Below are positions 51,174 to 62,785 of a stretch of DNA of 64,000 nucleotides, one piece after another. Source of the stretch: Adineta vaga (taxonomy: Eukaryota > Animalia > Rotifera); NCBI GenBank assembly GCA_021613535.1, contig CP075493.1, positions 11,780,001 through 11,844,000 on the forward strand, given 5' to 3'. Made by a program: the position numbers and the translations under genes. The notes under the pieces are model-generated. The model searched no databases, was not told the DNA's origin, and saw only the letters and a program-made list of their open reading frames with translations. The first letter of the stretch is position 1, and every line of letters starts with the position of its first letter.

Positions 51174-53122
51174 ATGGCTCGTCGTTGGGTAGCAGTATCT
51201 GCAATAGGTTTTGCTGTGGTTGTGGCAATTGTGCTTGGGTTAATACCAGTTTACCTTCGAAAATCTAATAAGTCAGGTGAGTTTAGAAAATGAGCAGTCA
51301 TCCTCTTTCAATTGGACATATATTTTTTATTACGTCTGTTCCATTTTAGGAAGTATTACCGACTCACTGGACACATCATTAAATTCGCTTTCGATTTATC
51401 CCACTGGTTCATATAAAGCTAACATGGCTGAATTTACTCAATCGACGGAAACAAATCGTTCATTTCTTCCATTAAATCAAAGTTTACTAACTCAAATCGC
51501 TGCGATCGACAATAGTTCTTTTGTTTTCGAAGCTGGACGTGAACAATTTCTCTACTTTCGTGTATCTCAAGATGTATTTGTTCAACAACGAAGTACATTC
51601 AGTCTTAGTGGTATTGGAATACATTTTGGTCGTAAAAATGATAGCCTAAACGTTGTTCCAATTAATAATCAACAACAGTCATCCGCAGGAGTTACTATTA
51701 TTCCAACAAACCTTCCCGACAGATCAACATTAGTACGTATACGAATTGCCACTATGCCAACGATGTGTTCTCAAACAGGCATAGATGATTCATGTACAAA
51801 TGTCGAATATAGTGCTTATTTAATATTTGGAAAAACTCAACTGTCTAGTTCATCTATAATAAATCAAGCGAATGTGGCTTGTGGTGATATTTGTAGTAGT
51901 TCAGACAGTTACTTAGCTTGTTCAGCATTCTGTGGTGCTCAATGTGATGGAAATCAAGTTGCTGGTGCTGATACACCGGTATCGCGCCGTTATAATCTCG
52001 GTCGAAAATATAGTCAATTCAAATTTCAGTATGAGACCTACTCAATTCGAGATCGAATCAAAGTCTGGAATGATATCGAACTATTATTTGATAGTGGATG
52101 TGTAGGAACCCAAGGTGATAAAAGTACGTACTTGACGTTATCGAATAAAAACAATATACGTGTTGATGTTGAACCAAACTGTGCTTGTCAAAGTTTAAGT
52201 GGCTGTACAGGGCAGAATGGTATTTCACAGTTGTTTGTCCCGAAATGTGTTCGTCAAAGAATCAGAAAGCAAATAGTAGGGATACGGTGAAATTAAGCTC
52301 AGACGGTACGGAAATAACAAACGGTATGATATTATATATTACAGAAGATGCTGGCATGCCTTCTTTAGTCGCTTCATCGTGTGAAGCAGTTGAATGGGAA
52401 GTGCTCTTTAATTACCAAGCTAAATTTACAGGTGCATTGTCTTTTTCCAAGACACTTACTGGCCAATCATCCGATTCTTCATCGTTCGATATTGTTAGAT
52501 CTTTGCAAGGTGAAGTTATTGGTGGTGCTATTACAGCAAAATGGACTATTCTTGCCACGAAAGTTACTGGTGAAATTACCTTTAATATTCTTGGAAAACA
52601 ACCCACTACATACGCTATAATGAATTATATTGGAGCGCACATCCTCTATGGTATGCAAAGAATATAGCTGCACAGGAAAGTAACGGAGGAAAACAGTTTA
52701 ATAACGGCTATCCATTGTTCTCGGCTGCGCACGATAATGGATACGGCATTTATCAAATTACAAATCCATCTCCTACTTACAATGAAGTATGGAACTGGAA
52801 AGCAAATGTCGACAAAGGAATTCAAATTCTCAATCAGAAAACGAACGCCGCAATTACATGGATGAATGATCAACGTGCACAGGCCAGGCAACAAACTGGT
52901 AGAGATCAACCCGTCGATGATCATCGAGTTGGATCGAACTGTTTCTTTTCGGATAATAGCACTCGAACAATCGTAGATGCTGTAGCTATCAAACAATTTA
53001 ATGGAGCATCTGGTGGTAACTATTGTGCTTAGGATAATAGCAATGGCAAATGGAAATTTAATCCTCTGAACAATCGAGGTGAAAACTATGTTCTACTTGT
53101 ATGTAATCGAGTAGTTTTATAA
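51174..53122 (+). CDS. Type II membrane protein with a Cys-containing beta-rich domain and a C-terminal lysozyme-like (SLT/GH23-like) domain; frameshifts and a TAG at 53030-53032
   Basis: Exon 1 MARRWVAVSAIGFAVVVAIVLGLIPVYL; intron 51277-51349; FKFQYETYSIRDRIKV..LFDSGCVGT..VEPNC..WYFTVVCP; LWYAKNIAAQES..QF..GYGIYQIT..WNWKANVDKG..AIKQFNG..NYV. Confidence 0.65.
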
Positions 53123-53347
53123 GTTCTAACATTTCTGTGAAGTTATTTGTTTTTTTAAATTATTCAAGATAAAATAAACACATAAACTAACGAACTATAA
53201 TAATTCTTCCTTGAATGATTCTATCGTTTTCACTTCGACGAAAATCGATGGTAAAGTTCATCTATATATATTGTGCTATTCACCAATCAAATATTGATTA
53301 ATATCATCATGACAAGAAGAAAAACTTCGTTTTGAACTCAAATAGAT

Positions 53348-56300
53348 TTATTCACGTTTGATACTTAGCATTTTAGCAACAGATTTGTTTCGTTGTTGAC
53401 CTTTTAAAAAGTTAAATTGATATATTTCTGAATGTCCAGAAAATTGAATATCAGCGATGAATGATCCTTGTCCAGTACGATAAGACTGAAATGCTTGTTC
53501 GATCTGTTTTTCTGCCATTTGTTCATGACGTACCCAAGTATCGTCTTCATTGCAATAGAACCAATGACGATTATCTGATAATGTGCGCACTAGTCGACGT
53601 TCAATTGATCGTGAACATGATGTTCTTGTATTTGTCTGTTTATTTCGTTGAAAATCAAATTTATACACATCAGAAGTATCAGTTAGACAGGAACTTAAGA
53701 GTGGAGTTTCAATTTCAGTAGGTCCATCATATAATTTCCAATGTTGATAAACTTTCTCCAATATTTCATTCATAGTATCATTATAGGAATGAAATTGCCT
53801 ATTATGTTGTTGCCAATGCCATTGAAAAGGTGACATCCATAAAGATTCTATATCAGAATAATATGGTATTTCAGTCGGAAAAGGTGAGAGTTGTCGATGG
53901 ATAGCTTGTCCATAGGTAACAATGAGTACAGGTAAATTAAATGCATATGTCCAATCGATTGGATTGTTAACGACATAACAGAAGTGATCGATTTTTGTAA
54001 TTTGAGTACATCGAAGAATAAAAGCAATGATCATCTGATTAAATCCAGTGTGATTTCCTGCCTTTTTAGTATAAGTATCTGATATAATTGCAGATATTCC
54101 AAAGTATTCACCGGGACCATGAACTTGATTTAGCCGACGATTTGGATCAAAGCCATTTTGACAAATAGGAACAATGGATTCAGCAGGTGAACCATGATAA
54201 GCAAAGAATCCTTTGGCTAAATCTGGTGGAGACGAATGACCTAATATTTCGTTAGCTTTGTAGAAACGCAGTAATGCTTGGTATTCTTTTCTCAAATAAG
54301 GATTTTCATACATTTGACCGACTGGTCTTACAAGTGGATCGAAAGGCCAATTATTTTGAACAAATTTTTTAGCAGCAGAAAATACTTGAGATAAAAATGG
54401 ATGATGTTTCTTTTCCTCTGCGACTTGATCACACGTTCGCCCAATATGAAGTTCATCATCAATGACTTGACATCGAGGACATACATTTTGACCACACGTT
54501 AAACAAATTTGATAACTATTATTAAGTCGTATAAGTCCGTCACATTCGTCATTCGGGCAGAAGACTCGATCATCATCTTGATGGTTTGTTGTTAAATAAT
54601 GATGAATAGAACTTTTAAGTAAAGATAAATATAGTTGTTCATTATTATTAAAGATAATTTGAATATCACGAATATGAATATTTGATTGACAAGCTTTGCA
54701 TTGAAGAGGAAATGTATGAGATGTGGCAAGCGCTCGAGCAGTACATCGACAATAAGTATGTCCACAAATGCGAAAAAAACTAGTCGAAATCGATGATTTT
54801 TGTTGACAAAAAACACATCGACGTTCTTGTCGTTCTGATGTTCCAAATCGTATCGTACCATTGTCATCATCATCTTCCTCTTCATCAACATCACTTTCTA
54901 GATCATCAGTAGTAGCAGTTAGTTCGTTTAGAAGTTGAAGAACTTCACTTTCACAAGCTTTCAAGTCCATCGATGAAACATTTGGTTTACCAATGAGTGT
55001 AATTGTCGCTGTTTTACGATTAAAAGCAATTGAACAAGCTTTTGTTGACCATTTGGAAGTGATCTGTTGTAATTTAACAGATGCTGATTTTTGTTGACCA
55101 AAGAATGTTGCGACGGTTGCACTGAGCTCAAATTCATAAAAACGTTCATTGAAACTTTCTGAATAGTCAGCAATTTGTCGCATCAAACGTCCTTGAGATG
55201 TTTGTGGACCTAGAATTTCAATATTTGTCCAATATTTATTTGGATTAATCGCTAAGTCTAATTCTTTTGCCCATTTTTGTATTTCACCAACATCTTCCAA
55301 TTCACGAAATAATTGTTTCTGAAGTTCCGTATTCAATCGAATATTAATCGGTGCAAAGGTTTGTGCAAGCATGAATGCAGCTAAACTTGTTTTTTGAGGA
55401 TTTCCATTACTGAATATACAACGGCATTTGTTCAGATTGGACATACGTTTACACTTCACTTGTACATCGAATCTTTGACAAATACCATCGATTGTTTCTT
55501 CAAAGTTTGGATATAAATCTATGTGAGAAATGGTAACTGTTGCCGAACTATCAACGATCCATGGATATATATGAGAAGAGAATATTTGTAAAGCAGCTTC
55601 ACGACTAATAGTAGTGAGATGAAAAATATTTTTACTTAGAAAAGATGATCGATTGTTTCTTGCAAAAGGATCGTCATTTTTCGTTACACTAGTTCGAACA
55701 GGTTTTTGTTTTAGACCACTTTTACCCAAGATAGTTATTAAGAATATATTATTGCATAATTGCGAATTATAGATAGCTGCAGCTCGATCACGTTCTTCAT
55801 CATTATGAAATGTTATTTTTGCCCATCCACTTGCATTATTTTTTGTTCGTCCAACATATACAGATCTAGGAGTAGGTCCATTACAGTTGCGAAGACATTG
55901 CCGAAGAAAAGTTTCATTGGTAGTATTTGGTAAGGTATTTAATTTAATAAATGACGCTGTCTGAGCTTCTTTATTTGTTTGTACACATCGCATTATAATA
56001 TCAGCACCATATCGATCGATAATATCGTTCACAATGACATTCGATGGAGTCTGAATAACCAATTCTCGAGCCCAACTTTCTTTCTCACTATCACGATATC
56101 TTCCGAAACCATCTTCTTCAACAACCACATGATAGAAGGCATTTTTAGTAATGCACGTCGAAATGTATCTTCATTTTTGAAAATAAGAAATACATTTTTT
56201 TTCTCTATGTCACGTTTTGAATTATAAAAACCATGCGCTTTGATTTCATTCCATTCGATATCAATTATCTTTTTAATCCAATCTTTTAAAGTATTTATTG

Positions 56301-59300
56301 TTTGACAAGGAACATTTTGAAGATGAAGTTTTAATGCATCAGGCATTGTATTTATATGTGTACAAACTAAACCACTTTGAAAATTCGCTTTAATCGGTCC
56401 ACAATCAAACAGTTCATATGCATCAGATAGTTTTTTTAATACTTCATCGTAAGAGCTTTGCTACTATAGATACGATAGTCGATTTATCTGTTTCTAGGCC
56501 CCAAATAAAGAAACGACATTGAGATCGATCGTAGGATAGACAAACCATTTTGCCCACAGTTCTGATTTGAAAGTATTTAATTTTAAACGCAATTGATGAG
56601 CAAGTTCCCAACCGATATTGTTCAATGTCATTAAATTTTGTATAGATGATTGTGCTATGATATCGGATTTTAATATGGGATGAAGTCGTTCAGTAATATA
56701 TCTTCCCGATGGTAATTGAGTAATAGTCATTGCCACAAAATGTTGATAAAGCGCACGATCTGAATCTTTCTGTAGTTTCTGCATGAATACACTAGTATTA
56801 GTAATATTTGCACGAATATCAGTTGATATTAATCGAACACCTTCGATTGGTAATTGTGGAACAAGTAAATAGCCACACTGTTCAGGAAAGAGTTTAGCAA
56901 GACAATTACCTATGATATTAATTGCATCTTTTGATGTTTCATGACCCGGTTGAAGCCAAAATGTACTTTTGATTTGTTTGATAATAGTTTCACACGATGC
57001 ATCGACATGTTGAAGAACTTTATTATTTAAACTATTTTCGTTACTATGTCTCACTCGACATATACAAGATTTAATGAATTTGTTACATTTTGAGCATTTA
57101 CCTTGTATGTTTTGTCCACCAGCATTTTTCCATCGATCATAAACTGAATAAAAATGAAAAAGATCACTTTTATAATTACGTGCTTCAACAGCAATACGTT
57201 CTTTTGCTTCTTGTTTCTCTTCTTGTGTTGTACCACCCATGAAGAAAACCGAACCAGGTGCTGTAAAATTGTCACGATAGCAACAGCTTGATCTAATAGA
57301 TTCTTGTTTTCAGTATAAATATCTACAATAAAAGCACTCAAACGTGGATCAAGTCCAAGTTCAGTAAATAATTCGCCTCGTTTTGTAATAGTTTGTTCTT
57401 CAATGCATTTCAGTCGAGTGAGTAAATCAAGAGAATGCTGAATAGTATCACTTTGTGGTTGATCCATGAATGAAAAAGTTCTTGGATCGAACTTCAATCG
57501 TATGAGTTGTAAAAGAATAAGATCAAGTGATGATCGAAGAATTTCTGGTTCGATATTTGATCGTATTAATTCCTTATCTTCATATAAACGAATACAATGA
57601 CCAGATGCAGTTCGTCCAGCACGACCCATACGTTGATCAGCAGATGAACGCGAAATACGTACTGTTTCAATAACAGTCAAACGACGTTTCACATCATAAC
57701 GAGCTTCTTTTGCCAGACCAGAATCGATAACTAATCGAATATTTGGAATAGTCAATGATGTTTCAGCAACATTCGTACAGAAAACTACCATTCGTTTATC
57801 TACTTCATTAAATTTGATTACTTTTTCTTGATCTTCAGGTGACTGTGAACCGTAAAGTGGAAATGCAATGCAATCGTCAGGAAGTTTTGATCTGAATATT
57901 TTCAGTGCTCGTTCAATTTCACCTTGACCAGGAAGAAACACAAGTGTATGTCCTTTATGTTGCGGATAAAGTTCAAGAATCACAGGAACAATATGTGTTG
58001 TAATAAGTTGTTGATCGGAACAGTTCGATGGTGGTGGTTTTTCACTTTTGATAACAGGAAATACGCGACCTTCCACTTGCAAAGGTAAACTACTAGGACG
58101 ATCGAAAAACTGAAGAAAACGAGTTGGATCAATGGTAGCCGAAGCAATAACAACATAAAAATCATTGGGACGTTGTTTAAGTAACAATTTCGAAATACCA
58201 ATGACAATATCAGTATTGAGCGATCTTTCATGAGCTTCATCAACGATCAAGACACGAACATGTTTCAAACTAGGATCATGTTGACTTTCTCGAATAAGTG
58301 CAGCATCAGTCATGTACATAATATCCCTGCCGGGTACTCGAGTTGCATTACCACATTGGTATCCGATTGACTCACCAGGTGATTTACCATCATATTCTTC
58401 AGCAACACGACGAGCAAGAGATAATGCAGCTACCACACGTGGTTGAGTACAGACGACAAGTGAACCAAAATGTTCAGCAGCATATTGAGGTAATTGAGTA
58501 CTCTTTCCACTACCGGTTTCAGCAGTAACAATCAGAACACGTTCATGTTGAAGACGTTGACAAAATTCTTGTCGACAAGATAAAATTGGTAATTGAGCTT
58601 TCTGACGATTCTTTATTCTGTCATCGAAAGTTTTCAAATCTCTTTTTCTATCCTTTTGAATTTCATTTATCTCACCAGGATTCCATTGTGAATGATGAAG
58701 ACGAATACAATTACAATTCGAACATGTATCAGGTTGATCACACTGTGGTGAACGTTCCGGTGGATGATTGAATCGGCATGAAAGATCACGACAATCAACT
58801 CCAAGTAGACAAAGTAATGTAGCTCGTTCTGGTGGATGCAAACATAAACAACTGAGATTGGTACAGTTCTTTTGATTAGGACATGGTTGAGGTCGAGTAC
58901 GTGGATGCAACTTTGAACAGTTCCATTGCTCACATCTAGCGCGTAGAGGACATTCTACAGAACGTGTTTTCGGATGTAAATTTCTACAGGTTAGCTTTAC
59001 AGCGATTGCCATCACGACACTTTCCTTTTCGTTTAAAAGGATGAGTAGCTGTACAGTCATAATCATCACATTTCTCACCATCCATACAAGGATTCCATCC
59101 GTCAGGATGATCAGAAGTACAGTCGACGTTAAAACATTTTACACCATATTGGCATCGTTTTGATTTCGTATTCGTCGATTGATCCGAACCGATAGAATGT
59201 AACGAATTTATGGATAGACACGAATCACTGGTAGTACTACTTGCGTCATCAGATTCAACATTTTGTTCCTTCTTTGTTCCATCTTCTTCTGTCGCATAAG

Positions 59301-59899
59301 TTAGTCTATATTTCGAGTTTGTATACATCTTACGATTAAGTGGACGTCTATTTTGTGTATCTGACTTTTCGATAAAATTTCTCGTTGATGGCAGATCTTC
59401 AAGAAAATATTCTAGTGTCGTGATTTTATTGGAACAAATCAACTTACTTGATCTTTGCTCGTGTTGAAATCCATTTTGATTTTTATTGAAATAATGTACG
59501 TTGGGGTTTGTGATCATAGTAGATGATGATTTATTTGACAAATCATAAATTTTTTGTCTTAATCTAGGTTTTTTTAAAGGTTGATTAACTGGAAGACTCT
59601 TGAGATGTATAAGAATAAGAATCTGTTTCGTGACGTCTCGATGATGATACAATACATTTGATTCTACTTCCTAAAATTTCAGCTCCTGACCACTGACGTA
59701 CAAATTCAGTTGCATCCTCTTCATCTTGAAAATCATTGATCCATGCATAACGGGTATTATTATTATTATTGGAATTCTTCGGAATAAAGACTCGAGTTGG
59801 TGGTAAACGAAGTTCTTGAGCTAGTTCATTGTAAGTGATATATCCAGGAAGAAAAGGAATTCTCACACTCCATTTATCAGATGAATTATTTGAAGCCAT
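53348..59899 (-). CDS. Giant RRM - CCCH zinc fingers - DEAH helicase - RRM/KH-like - RING-IBR - PARP-type ART - 2xWWE protein (about 2100 aa once about 6 frameshifts are joined)
   Basis: KWSVRI..AWINDF RRM; tandem C-x5-C-x4-C-x3-H fingers; AETGSGKST, TQPR, DEAH, SAT, FLPGQ, TNVAETSLTIP, QRMGRAGR; RING CVFC..CGH.YC..CKAC; IBR CPNDEC..CLTC..CPRC..H..C; YHGS..GF..HGPGEYF; WHWQ and WFYC..W WWE domains. Confidence 0.85.
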
Positions 59900-60213
59900 T
59901 ATCTATGTATTCCAACAACTTCTAAAACTATCATAATTCTTTCTTGCTATTTTTTCACGTTGAATAAAGAACAGAACAGAATGAATCATAGAATGGTTAT
60001 GTGCCGTGGTAAATATTGGAAATTGTTCTGAAACAAACCTATTGAAAAATATAAAGATGTCACCACCAAAGTTTCTAGTAAAAACAAACTTTATTTCATT
60101 ATAATCAAGATAGAAAAAAAATCAAAATTTACTAAATCTTAAAAAATATTTTAGTTATTATCCACATTGATGTAATGCGTTTTTGAACTCAAGTGCAGTT
60201 TATCAGCAAAGAA

Positions 60214-62087
60214 TTAATCTATTTCATTGGACGCGTTTAGTGATAGTATCTGAAGTTGTTCTGGAATTATCCGATAAGATTGTAAAGCGTTAGCATCATT
60301 AATGTCAGGTTCAAAAGGATCTTGGTAACAATCATGTAATAAAAATAAAGAAGGAATTGATTTTGCCGCATTGATTGCTTCGTAAGTTAAATTCAAGCAG
60401 ATCTGTCCATGACATTCCTGTAGCTTAGGATTAGCAGCTTTGACAGATTGTAAACTCCCATAATTGAAAATGATGCTATCGATAGGACATATTTTAACTC
60501 CTAACTGTCTGCGAAGCCAATTAATGGCTATGAATATAGTATACCAGGTATCTTGGGCACAAATTAACATTTCATTTGTGACATGATCTACTGGTACCAG
60601 CAGAACTGTTCGAGTACCATCCATTGGAGATACAAGTTGGTATTTAGATTTGCTGATCATACCGAGTGGATTTCCAATGAATAGTGCACTGTTTGATAGT
60701 GCACCACAGACGATATTGAATTTCTTGTCTGCAGAAAGTATGTGTATCATTTCTTGACATTGTAAACCTTTTTCAACAGGTCTGTCTTCCACTTTTCTAG
60801 ACAAATTTTGAATGGTTTTGTCGACTTTTATCAGTTGATTTGAAGAAGAAACATTCTTAAAAATTGTATCAGTGTATACTGATGCTTGTGATAATCGTTC
60901 ATTCAGAGAAAGTAACGAGAGTACACGATCATACCAAGTAAGAGGATGATAATGCAAACTAAGACGAGCCTCGTTATCGTTCGTTATAGTTAGTTCAATA
61001 CGGTATGGTTCGCGATAAGGAATATCTTCATTATTGAATACACTACCAACAAATGTCTTTAGTAGGACTCGAGCTGAATCAGCTAAATCGAAGCATAAAT
61101 CCTCTGGTCTGTTGTCATCAAGATTGAAATGAAACACTGTATCATCTAATTCAAATATGGGATAATCGGTTTGAGCTAATTTTATTAAAGGAGAAGATGT
61201 TTCAGCATGTGTTGTCGGATGTAGATATTTGCAATCATTTAGTCTACAATGACTACCAGCATGACATTTTCCTCGACGTTTACGTGGATGATTTCTTGTG
61301 CATTCGTAGTTATTACATTTCTCGCCATCCATACAAGGACTCCATTCGTCAGGATGAGCAAAAGTACAATCTACTTTATAACATGTGACACCATTGATAC
61401 ACGGCTTTGATCTTTTATTCTTCAATTTAGTTGTACTTGCAAATATGGGTGTCATTGGATATTTTTCAGCGTGAGCAAGTTCACATTTCAGATTTGTACA
61501 TGAATCGTAATGAGAACATCGTTGATGACGATATTTACATTCGTTACTTCTTTCACGACATTTTCCTTTATTTGCATAACGACATAATGAATGTTTGTCT
61601 TCTGCAGTTCGTTGCTTCATTAAGTTTCTTGTAGATGGTAATTCTTCAAGTAGAAAAAAAAAATATTTTCTTCCAGTTTTCCATTACTATGAGGTACCTT
61701 ACTTGGTGTTTCTCGATGCGGAAATATGTTTCGATCACTGTTGGAATCAGAGACACTTAGATGATTTCGTGACGATTCGTTACTAAATGCTAGTGATTCC
61801 TGAGAAGAATGAAGAGTCGATTTCCGTTCATTTCTTGGTGGTGATGTAACGCATCTGATTCGTTGTCCTAAAACTACAGCTCTTGACCATTCACTGACAA
61901 ATGTAATTGCTTCTTCTTCACTATTGAAATCGTTGATCCATGCACACGTGGTATCGTTAACAGTTTTCGGAATAAAAACTCGTGAGGTTGATAAATGGAG
62001 TTCTTGTGCTAATTCGATATAATTGATAGATGTAGAAAGTGGAGAGATTCTTACACTCCATTTATTACGTGAATCTTCAAATCCCAT
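60214..62087 (-). CDS. RRM - CCCH zinc fingers - degenerate HIT-like domain protein (paralog of the 5' part of the adjacent gene)
   Basis: The 59-nt intron 61644-61702 joins the 155-aa and 468-aa ORFs in frame. Motifs: KWSVRI..AWINDF; CRYANKGKC..C.YRH; PCMDGEKC..C..HP; VLLVPVDHV..IFNYG..CHGQI. Confidence 0.78.
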
Positions 62088-62785
62088 TTTTGTTTTGTAG
62101 TTTTAATAATGTCAGAAAAGATTTGTCTAGAATTAAAGAGAAATCTAAAAAAAAAATAGTTACAACATAAACTGGTGAAACAAAGAAAGTAAAACGCAAA
62201 ATTTTACAGGGACAATATATTTTTCTTATTCTTACCTTAACGTTTATAGTATGACGATAGTGCAGAACGATAAAAAAATAGGCATGGTTATGGGTATTTT
62301 TGTTTTTATTCACATTGCTCGCGAAAAAAGACATTCTCAGTTGATCTACACACCCACGCACAAAATTTACCGCAAAAACTTTTTCCCCAGTATTTTTAGT
62401 CGCTCTAATACTCTCAAGTTCAAATCACCAGGATTTTCTCGTTATTTGTTGAAACGAAAGAGGCTACAACATTTCTATGTTCTTCGTTCTTCAATATAAA
62501 ATCTACGAAAGACAGCGATATTTTTTTTTCATTCCATTTTGAGTCATTCTCTCTCTTTCTCGTCAAGCTTCCTTCTGTTACACTTCTGGGTATTTTTTGA
62601 TAGATTGCCTATATAAAGAACTGGAAGAAAAACAATCAATTCATCTTTATTTTCTTTCGAGTAGAACATATGAAAAAAATACTTCTCAATGCATTGGGTG
62701 TTTTAGTTTTGTGTTTCTTTTTAGTATTATAGATTGAAAAGTTTTATTTAAAATTAGAAACAGTGATCTGGTTAATATTTGCAAA

